From assembly GCF_001457615.1 (NCBI RefSeq), contig NZ_LN831024.1, positions 2,670,001-2,702,000 of the forward strand: DNA of 32,000 nucleotides, written 5' to 3'. A model generated the notes under the pieces. That model was not told the DNA's origin. It saw only the letters and a program-made list of their open reading frames with translations, and did not search any database. Positions within the stretch are counted from its first letter, which is position 1, and each line of letters begins with the position of its first letter. Below, in pieces: positions 25,397 to 32,000 of the stretch. The position numbers and the translations under genes are program-made. This DNA comes from Pseudomonas aeruginosa. Lineage in GTDB: Bacteria > Pseudomonadota > Gammaproteobacteria > Pseudomonadales > Pseudomonadaceae.

Positions 25397-26268
25397 ACAT
25401 GCCGTCGATCCTTTCCCTGGCCGTCGCCGGCCTGCTGGTCGCTCCCGTCCACGCGGCAACGGCGCCCTCGGAGCCGTTCCAGCCGCCGGCGGAAAGCAGC
25501 CTCCCGGACAACGCCTTCGGCGAAATGGTACGCCAGGGCCAGGCGTTGTTCGTGGAAACCCGGAAGAACGCGCCGCATCTGGTCGGCAACCAGCTCAACT
25601 GCGTCAACTGCCATCTCGACCAGGGCCGCCGGGCCAACTCCGCGCCGCAGTGGGCGGCCTATCCGGTCTATCCGGCGTTCCGCGCCAAGAACAACAAGGT
25701 CAATACGTTCGCCGAGCGCCTGCAGGGCTGCTTCCAGTTCAGCATGAACGGCAAGGTGCCGGCGGCCGACAGCCCGGAGATCAAGGCCCTGACCGTCTAC
25801 GCCTATTGGCTGGCGAGCCAGGCGCCGACCGGGGTCAGCCTGCCCGGACGCGGCTATCCGGACGTGGCCCCGCCGGAAGGCGGCTACAGCATCGAGCGCG
25901 GCGCCAAGGTCTATGCCGCGCAGTGCGCGATCTGCCACGGCGCCGACGGCCAGGGCCAGATGGCTCTGGGGCAGACGGTGTTCCCACCGCTGTGGGGCGC
26001 GCAGTCGTTCAACTGGGGCGCGGGCATGCACCGCATCAACACCGCGGCCTCCTTCATCAAGTACAACATGCCGCTGGGCAAGCCCGGTACCCTCAGCGAC
26101 CGCGACGCCTGGGACGTCGCCGCCTTCATGAACAGCCACGAGCGCCCGCAGGACCCGCGCCTGGTGGACGGTTCGGTGGAGAAGACGCGGCAGAAGTTCC
26201 ATGCCAACGACGGCGTCAACCTGTACGGACAGAAGGTCAACGGCGTGCTGCTGGGACAGGGAATCTGA
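25393..26268 (+). CDS. Diheme cytochrome c resembling thiosulfate dehydrogenase TsdA
   Basis: ATG at 25393 overlapping the previous stop (ATGA); two CXXCH motifs (CVNCHLDQG, CAICHGADG) and a GCFQFSMNGKVP segment similar to the Cys-ligand region of TsdA. Confidence 0.78.
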   Translation: MNMPSILSLAVAGLLVAPVHAATAPSEPFQPPAESSLPDNAFGEMVRQGQALFVETRKNAPHLVGNQLNCVNCHLDQGRRANSAPQWAAYPVYPAFRAKNNKVNTFAERLQGCFQFSMNGKVPAADSPEIKALTVYAYWLASQAPTGVSLPGRGYPDVAPPEGGYSIERGAKVYAAQCAICHGADGQGQMALGQTVFPPLWGAQSFNWGAGMHRINTAASFIKYNMPLGKPGTLSDRDAWDVAAFMNSHERPQDPRLVDGSVEKTRQKFHANDGVNLYGQKVNGVLLGQGI

Positions 26269-26334
26269 CCCTCGTGGCCTGGCGTCCGCAGGACGGAGAC
26301 CCGGTCCGGCGGAAGCAGGTCGGCGCGGGGGTAG

Positions 26335-26410
26335 GGCGGATAACGCCAACGGCGTTATCCGCCGATGCCTGGGCCTCGGTCCGGCGGATAGCCGCGGGCG
26401 GCTATTCGCC
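26335..26410. repeat. Tandem pair of REP-like palindromes
   Basis: GGCGGATAACGCC-AAC-GGCGTTATCCGCC (26335-26363) and GGCGGATAGCCGC-GG-GCGGCTATTCGCC (26383-26410), flanked by GTAG on the left and CTAC on the right. Confidence 0.8.
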
Positions 26411-26443
26411 CTACGGGGGCCGGTTGGCGGGTGGGCCCGCGCA

Positions 26444-27766
26444 TCACTCGCGCAGCGGCATTTCCAGCGTCACCCGCAGGCCGTCCGCGCGGCTGTCGAA
26501 GTCCAGCCGGCATTGGCAGCGTTGCACGATAGCCTGGACGATGGCCAGGCCGAGCCCGCTGCCGCCGCTCTTGCCGTGGCGCCAGAAACGCCGGGTGAGG
26601 TGCGGCAGGTCGGTTTCGGCGATGCCCGGACCGTGGTCGCGGACGTGGAAGCGCGCGCAGCCTTGCGCGGTTTCCACCGCCAGCTCCACCCGGGTGCCGG
26701 CGGCGGTGTGGCGCAGGGCGTTGTCCAGCAGGTTGCGCAGCGCGGCGATGGCCAGCACCGAGGGGACTTCCAGCGGCGCCTCGGACAAGCCGTCGGCCAG
26801 CTTCAGCTCGAACATCCGCACGTCGCCGTGGCCGGCGTCGTGCATGGCCACCCGGGCGGCGTCCTCGGCGCTGCATTGCACGCCGTCGTCGAACGACAGG
26901 CTGCCTTCCACCCGCGCCAGCAGCAACAGCTGGTCCAGCGTCCGGTGCAGACGGTCGGCGCCTTCCTCGGCGTGGGCCAGGGCCTGCTCGGCGGCGGCGC
27001 CCTCGGTCATGCGCGCGACCTGCAGGTGGGTCTTGATCGCGGTCAGCGGGCTGCGCAGCTCGTGGGCGGCATCGCCGGTCAGGCGTCGCTCGCGTTCGAT
27101 GGCCTGGGCGATGCGCTGGAACAACTGGTTCTGGGTTTCCACCAGCGGCTTCAGTTCGCTCGGCAGGGCCGCCAGCTCCAGTGGCTCCAGCGAGTCGGCG
27201 CCGCGCCGGGTGAGGGCGTCGCGAATCCGCTTGAGCGGCGCCAGACCCTGGCCGGCGCCGAGCCAGAGCAGGGCCAGGCTGCCGAGCAGGGCGACCGTCA
27301 CCGGCACCGCGGCGGCCACCACCACCGAGCGTTGCAGCACGTCGCGCTCTTCCAGGCGGTCGGCGGTGCTGACCCGCAGATCGCCGGCCTGCACGGTGAA
27401 GCTGCGCCACAGCACGCCGTTGATTTCCTGGTCGCGGAAGCCGCTGGCGGTGCTGTCCAGCGCCCGCTCCGGGGTGGCATGGCTCTGCGCCAGGACTTCG
27501 CCGCGCAGTGAGCTGACCTGGCAGGCCATGCCGTTGGGAATTCCCAGTTGCTCCGCGCTCAGGCGCGTGGTCTGGCCGTCCGCCGGCTGCGGCTGCGGCA
27601 ACTGCTGGAGCAGGCCGGCAACCATCCGCGCCGAGGCCGCCAGGCGTTGGTCGAAGGAGCGCATCATCTGCCCGCGCAGGTCGCAGAGCATCCAGGCCGC
27701 GGCCAGCGACCAGAGCAGGATGAAGGCCGAGCCGAGGATCAGGGTCAGGCGCAGGCGCAGGCTCAT
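26444..27766 (-). CDS. Two-component sensor histidine kinase
   Basis: MSLRLRLTLILGSAFILLWSLAAAWML..., two TM segments, H-box RLTGDAAHELRSPLTAIKTHLQVARM, N/G boxes (LRNLLDNALRHT, DHGPGI, GGSGLGLAI); ATGA overlap with the response regulator. Position matches PA2480. Confidence 0.93.
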   Translation of the reverse strand: MSLRLRLTLILGSAFILLWSLAAAWMLCDLRGQMMRSFDQRLAASARMVAGLLQQLPQPQPADGQTTRLSAEQLGIPNGMACQVSSLRGEVLAQSHATPERALDSTASGFRDQEINGVLWRSFTVQAGDLRVSTADRLEERDVLQRSVVVAAAVPVTVALLGSLALLWLGAGQGLAPLKRIRDALTRRGADSLEPLELAALPSELKPLVETQNQLFQRIAQAIERERRLTGDAAHELRSPLTAIKTHLQVARMTEGAAAEQALAHAEEGADRLHRTLDQLLLLARVEGSLSFDDGVQCSAEDAARVAMHDAGHGDVRMFELKLADGLSEAPLEVPSVLAIAALRNLLDNALRHTAAGTRVELAVETAQGCARFHVRDHGPGIAETDLPHLTRRFWRHGKSGGSGLGLAIVQAIVQRCQCRLDFDSRADGLRVTLEMPLRE

Positions 27767-28443
27767 GCGTCGTCTCCGTCGCCGCGCGCCGGCCCGAGGC
27801 GGTAGCCGAGGCCGCGCACGGTCTGCACGATGGCGTTGCCGAGCTTGCGCCGCAGGTGATGGATGTGGACGTTGAGGGCGTTGCTCTCGACCTCGTCGCC
27901 GAAGCCATAGACGCTGTCCTTGAGCTGCTCGCCGCTGAGGATCCGCCCGCGGTTGTTGAGCAATGCCTGCAACAGCGCCTGTTCGCGTCGCGACAGTTCC
28001 ACGGGGCGGCCGTCGAGCCAGGTTTCGCGGGTGCTCGGATCGTAGCTGAGGCGGCCGTGTTCGATGACGTTGACGCAACGCCCGGCGGAGCGCCGCTGCA
28101 AGGTATGCAGGCGGGCGCCGAGTTCACGCAGGTCGAAGGGCTTGAGCAGGTAGTCGTCGGCGCCGGCCTGCAGCCCGGCGACCCGGTCGGTCACCGCGTC
28201 GCGCGCGGTCAGCACCAGCACCGGCAGGTCGACGCCCTGCTGGCGCAGGCGCTGCAGCAGGCGCAGGCCGTCCTCGTCGGGCAGGCCGAGATCGAGGACC
28301 AGCACGTCGAAGCGCGCCACCTGGAGCAGCGCCTGGGTATCGGCGGCGCTGGCCACCCGGTCCACGGTCAGGCCCTGGGCGTTGAGGCCGGCGACGATGC
28401 CGCTGGCGATCAGGTCGTCGTCTTCGGTGAGCAGTACATGCAT
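27763..28443 (-). CDS. OmpR-family response regulator (QseB/PmrA type)
   Basis: MHVLLTEDDDLIASGIVAGLNAQGLTVDRVASAADTQALLQVARFDVLVLDLGLPDEDG receiver domain and winged-helix C-terminus. Position matches PA2479. Confidence 0.94.
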   Translation of the reverse strand: MHVLLTEDDDLIASGIVAGLNAQGLTVDRVASAADTQALLQVARFDVLVLDLGLPDEDGLRLLQRLRQQGVDLPVLVLTARDAVTDRVAGLQAGADDYLLKPFDLRELGARLHTLQRRSAGRCVNVIEHGRLSYDPSTRETWLDGRPVELSRREQALLQALLNNRGRILSGEQLKDSVYGFGDEVESNALNVHIHHLRRKLGNAIVQTVRGLGYRLGPARGDGDDA

Positions 28444-28541
28444 GGCGGTATCGCTGGTTAAAGGGATAGGAGTCTGAAGCGGGCGAATTAAGCCAGGATT
28501 ATGCCCCGCCCGGCGCGTCGCCGGGGTTTTCCCGTGGCCGC

Positions 28542-28558
28542 GTTAACGGCCTGTTAAT
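28542..28558 (+). promoter_or_regulatory. Candidate PmrA/QseB-type direct-repeat box between the two-component system and dsbD
   Basis: GTTAAC-GGCCT-GTTAAT, two TTAA half-sites with 5-nt spacing, about 48 nt upstream of the dsbD-like ATG at 28606. Confidence 0.45.
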
Positions 28559-28605
28559 CGTCGCTGGCCATGCTGCCGCCGAGTTCATCGTAGAAGGCGT
28601 TATCC

Positions 28606-30369
28606 ATGCGTGTGTTGATCCTGCTCCTGATGCTCCTGCTGCCGGGCCTGTCCCAGGCGCAACCGGGCGACGACCTGTTCGCGCCGCGCGGCGCGACGCA
28701 GACGGATTTCCTGCCGGTGGAGAAAGCCTTCCGCTTCACCTGGGAGCGCCTCGACGACGGCCAGGTGCAACTGCGCTGGCAGATCGCGCCGGGCTACTAC
28801 CTGTACCAGAAGCGCCTGCGCTTCGACGGACTCGACCCGGCCTTGCAGCCGCAGCTGCCGCCCGGCGAAAGCCACAGCGACGAGTTCTTCGGCGAGTCGC
28901 AGGTCTATCGCCAGAGCCTGGAACTGACCCTGCCGGCGGCCGCCGCCGGACAACTGCGCCTGGGCTGGCAGGGCTGCGCCGATGCCGGCCTGTGCTATCC
29001 GCCGCAGAGCCAGGCGCTCGACCTGGGCGGTACCGGCCCTGCCGCCGCCGGGACGAGCGGCGAAGTCGCCGAGGACCAGGGCCTGGCCGGCAGCCTGCAG
29101 GCCGGCAACCTGGCCTGGAGCCTGTTGCTGTTCTTCGGCCTCGGCCTGCTGCTGGCGTTCGCTCCCTGTTCGCTGCCGATGCTGCCGATCCTCGCCGGGC
29201 TGGTGGTCGGCAGCGGCGCCGGCCCTCGTCGAGGCCTGCTGCTGGCCGGTAGCTACGTGCTGAGCATGGCGCTGGTCTACGCCGGACTCGGGGTGGTCGC
29301 GGCGCTGCTTGGCGGCAACCTGCAGGCCTGGCTGCAACAGCCGTGGCTGCTGGGCAGCTTCGCCGCGCTGTTCGTGTTCCTCGCGCTGCCGATGTTCGGC
29401 TTCTTCGAACTGCAACTGCCGGCTGCCCTGCGCGACCGCCTCGACGGTCTCAGTCGCGGCCGCAAGGGCGGCAGCCTGGCCGGCGCGGCCGCGCTCGGCG
29501 CGTTGTCCGGGCTGCTGGTGGGGCCGTGCATGACCGCGCCGCTGGCCGGCGCCTTGCTCTATATCGCGCAGACCGGCAATGCCCTGCATGGCGGCCTGGT
29601 GCTGTTCAGCCTGGGCCTCGGCATCGGCATGCCGCTGTTGCTGCTGGTGACGGTCGGCAGCCGCTTCCTGCCCAAGCCCGGTCCCTGGATGAACCTGGTC
29701 AAGGGCGTGTTCGGCTTCCTTTTCCTCGGCACCGCCTGGATACTCCTGCGTCCGCTGCTCGGCGAGGCGCTGTGGATCGGCCTTGGCGGCGCGTTGCTGC
29801 TGGTCCTGGCCTACGCCGCGCTGCACACGGCGCGAGGCCTGGCACGGCACGCGGTGCTGTTCGGCGCGGCGGGCTGCATCTTCGGTCTCTGGGGCGCGGC
29901 GATGCTGCTGGGCGCCGCGGCCGGGGCCGACGACCCCTGGCGTCCGCTACAGGTGTATGCGGCGGCGAACCGGGGCGCTACGCCGACGGCCAGCGCCCAC
30001 GAGGCGTTCCTCACGGTGAGCCAGCCGGCCGAGCTGGACCGTCAGTTGGCTGCGGCCAAGGCCGAGGGACAATGGGTGCTGCTCGACTACTACGCTGACT
30101 GGTGCGTGTCCTGCCGGATCATGGAGAAACAGGTGTTTGCCAAGCCCGATGTGCTCGCCGCCCTGCAGGGCGTGCGCCTGCTGCGGCTCGACGTGACCGC
30201 GGATAACGCCGCCAGCCGCGAGCTGCTGCACCGCTACCAGGTACCCGGCCCGCCGAGCCTGATCTGGATCGGCCCGGAAGGCGAGGAGCGCCGCGCGCGC
30301 CGGTTGACCGGCGAAGTCGACGCCGGCGGCTTCCTCGCCCATTGGCAGGCGACCCGGGAGCGCGGCTGA
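28606..30369 (+). CDS. dsbD: Thiol:disulfide interchange protein DsbD
   Basis: 587 aa; signal peptide, N-terminal DsbD domain (DDLFAPRGATQTDFLPVEKAFRF...), central TM domain with APCSLPMLPIL and GPCMTAPLAGAL, C-terminal thioredoxin domain YYADWCVSCR. A second dsbD paralogue is known in the species (PA2478 position). Confidence 0.94.
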   Translation: MRVLILLLMLLLPGLSQAQPGDDLFAPRGATQTDFLPVEKAFRFTWERLDDGQVQLRWQIAPGYYLYQKRLRFDGLDPALQPQLPPGESHSDEFFGESQVYRQSLELTLPAAAAGQLRLGWQGCADAGLCYPPQSQALDLGGTGPAAAGTSGEVAEDQGLAGSLQAGNLAWSLLLFFGLGLLLAFAPCSLPMLPILAGLVVGSGAGPRRGLLLAGSYVLSMALVYAGLGVVAALLGGNLQAWLQQPWLLGSFAALFVFLALPMFGFFELQLPAALRDRLDGLSRGRKGGSLAGAAALGALSGLLVGPCMTAPLAGALLYIAQTGNALHGGLVLFSLGLGIGMPLLLLVTVGSRFLPKPGPWMNLVKGVFGFLFLGTAWILLRPLLGEALWIGLGGALLLVLAYAALHTARGLARHAVLFGAAGCIFGLWGAAMLLGAAAGADDPWRPLQVYAAANRGATPTASAHEAFLTVSQPAELDRQLAAAKAEGQWVLLDYYADWCVSCRIMEKQVFAKPDVLAALQGVRLLRLDVTADNAASRELLHRYQVPGPPSLIWIGPEGEERRARRLTGEVDAGGFLAHWQATRERG

Positions 30370-31205
30370 TGCTGAGTTTTTCCCTGGGGCCGCTGGTGGT
30401 CTCGCTGCAACACCTGCTGCTGTTCCTCGCCCTCGGCGCCGCGCTGCTCGGTGGTTGGCTGGCGGCGCGCGGCGGCGGGCGCAACGCCGAGCCGGTGCTG
30501 TTCAACCTGTTGTTGCTCGGCCTGCTGGTGGCGCGCCTGGCCTTCGTGGTGCGCTACTGGCCGCAGTACCGTGGCGACTTCGCACAGATGCTGGATATCC
30601 GCGATGGCGGTTTCCTCGCCTGGCCAGGCCTGCTCGCCGCCGTGCTCGGCGCGCTGTTCTGGGCCTGGCGGCGACCGGCGCTACGTCGCTCGCTGGGTGT
30701 CGGCGCCAGCCTCGGACTGGCGTTCTGGCTGCTTGGCAGCCTGGGCCTGGGCATCTACGAGCGCGGTACGCGTCTGCCCGAACTGAGCCTGCGCAACGCC
30801 GCCGGCGAGTCGGTGCAACTGGCCGATTTCCGGGGCCGCCCGCTGGTGATCAACCTCTGGGCCAGTTGGTGCCCGCCGTGTCGGCGTGAGATGCCGGTGC
30901 TGCAACAGGCGCAGGCGGAGAATCCCGACGTGGTGTTCCTCTTCGCCAACCAGGGCGAGAGCGCCGAGACCGTGCGCCATTTCCTCCAGGGCGAGAACCT
31001 GCGCCTGGACAACCTGCTGTTCGACAACGGCGGGCAGCTTGGCCAGCAGGTCGGCTCGGTCGCCTTGCCCACCACCGTTTTCTACACCGCCGAGGGCCGC
31101 CTGCTGGGCAGCCATCTCGGCGAACTGTCCCGCGGCAGCCTGGCGCGCTACCTCGAAGCCTTCGAGCCGGCCGCTGCCGCCCCCGCAACCAGGAGTTCCG
31201 AATGA
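30369..31205 (+). CDS. Membrane-anchored TlpA/ResA-like thioredoxin with multi-TM N-terminus
   Basis: MLSFSLGPLVVSLQHLLLFLALGAALLGGWLAARGG... several TM segments then VQLADFRGRPLVINLWASWCPPCRREMPVLQQ; start overlaps dsbD stop (TGATG). Confidence 0.88.
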   Translation: MLSFSLGPLVVSLQHLLLFLALGAALLGGWLAARGGGRNAEPVLFNLLLLGLLVARLAFVVRYWPQYRGDFAQMLDIRDGGFLAWPGLLAAVLGALFWAWRRPALRRSLGVGASLGLAFWLLGSLGLGIYERGTRLPELSLRNAAGESVQLADFRGRPLVINLWASWCPPCRREMPVLQQAQAENPDVVFLFANQGESAETVRHFLQGENLRLDNLLFDNGGQLGQQVGSVALPTTVFYTAEGRLLGSHLGELSRGSLARYLEAFEPAAAAPATRSSE

Positions 31206-31972
31206 GACTGCCGCGCAACCTGATCACCCTTGGCCTGGGCCTGACCCTCCTCAACGCCGGCCTGGCCACGGCGGCGGAGGAGCTGCCGGCGCCGATCCGC
31301 ATGGTCCAGGAGAAGGGCGCCCGCATCCTCGGCAGCTTCGACGCCCCGGATGGCCTGCGCGGATACGCCGCCGAATACCAGAACCAGGGCATGGCGCTGT
31401 ACCTGACGCCCGACGGCAAGCACGTACTCACCGGCCACCTGTTCGACGCCCAGGGCAAGGACCTCAGCCGCGAACCGCTGGAGCGCCTGGTGTATGCGCC
31501 GCTGGCCAAGGAAATGTGGCAGAAGATGGAGCAGAGCGCCTGGATCGCCGATGGCCGTGCCGACGCGCCGCGCGTGGTCTACCTGTTCAGCGACCCGAAC
31601 TGCCCGTACTGCACCATGTTCTGGGAGCAGGCGCGACCCTGGGTGGATGCCGGCAAGGTGCAGTTGCGGCATATCATGGTCGGCATCATTCGCGAGGACA
31701 GCGAAGCCAAGTCCGCTGCGCTGCTGGCCAGCAAGGACCCGCAGAAGGCCCTGCACGACCATGAGCAGGCGGGCAAGGCCAGCACCCTGAAGCCGCTTGC
31801 GAAGATCCCGGCGGCGGTGCGCAAGCAGCTCGCCGGCAACATGGAACTGATGGAGTCGATGGGCGCCGCGGCGACCCCGGCGATCTTCTATCTCAATGCC
31901 GAGGGGCGCATGCAGCAGCAACAGGGCGCGCCGCAGCCGGACCAGTTGGCGGAGATCCTCGGTCCGCGTTGA
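31202..31972 (+). CDS. dsbG: Periplasmic thiol:disulfide isomerase DsbG/DsbC family
   Basis: 256 aa; signal peptide MRLPRNLITLGLGLTLLNAGLATA, active site SDPNCPYCTMFWEQ and cis-Pro region GAAATPAIFYLN; ATGA overlap with upstream gene. Confidence 0.92.
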   Translation: MRLPRNLITLGLGLTLLNAGLATAAEELPAPIRMVQEKGARILGSFDAPDGLRGYAAEYQNQGMALYLTPDGKHVLTGHLFDAQGKDLSREPLERLVYAPLAKEMWQKMEQSAWIADGRADAPRVVYLFSDPNCPYCTMFWEQARPWVDAGKVQLRHIMVGIIREDSEAKSAALLASKDPQKALHDHEQAGKASTLKPLAKIPAAVRKQLAGNMELMESMGAAATPAIFYLNAEGRMQQQQGAPQPDQLAEILGPR

Positions 31973-32000
31973 TCCTCCGGGCCGGCGCCGAGCCGCCGGC

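Noticed and set aside
26335-26410. Palindromic pair considered as a CRISPR array or integron-type attC site
   Set aside because: Only two non-identical palindromic units, no regular spacers and no cas or integrase genes; REP/BIME-like fits better.
25650-27875. 741-aa plus-strand ORF spanning the cytochrome end, the intergenic gap and the kinase gene
   Set aside because: Crosses two convergent real genes and the REP-like repeats; translation lacks coding character.
28600-29850. 416-aa minus-strand ORF opposite dsbD
   Set aside because: Gln/Ala-rich antisense ORF without motifs, within dsbD.

Overview
High-GC window whose gene content and order match the Pseudomonas aeruginosa mexEF-oprN / mexT / mexS region, in reverse orientation to the usual PAO1 locus numbering. 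This species and locus match is recognised from protein sequence and synteny; no database was searched. Left to right: an OprD-family porin (OpdT-like); a cluster of a DUF2185/Imm33-like protein, a SUKH+ankyrin protein and a leucine-rich-repeat/protein-kinase fusion; a CynX/NimT MFS transporter, deaminase and periplasmic ankyrin operon; a LysR regulator and a DinB-like protein; oprN-mexF-mexE (minus); mexT (minus, intact 304-aa frame); mexS (plus); an AT-rich patch with a decapitated TolC-like gene and an orphan four-TM protein; a cupin and two AraC regulators; two very small proteins in the PA2485/PA2486 (ptrC) positions; a TetR regulator and LLM flavoenzyme; a c-type cytochrome pair resembling TsdB/TsdA; a two-component system; and a DsbD / TlpA-like / DsbG disulfide operon. 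The strongest sequence-level observations are three MexT-box-like 24-mers at mexE, mexS and the PA2485/2486-type operon, the single-copy 8-bp unit in mexT, a tandem pair of REP-like palindromes, a long operator-like palindrome before the cytochrome pair, and the LRR-kinase/immunity-like cluster. No CRISPR array, tRNA, rRNA or transposase was recognised.
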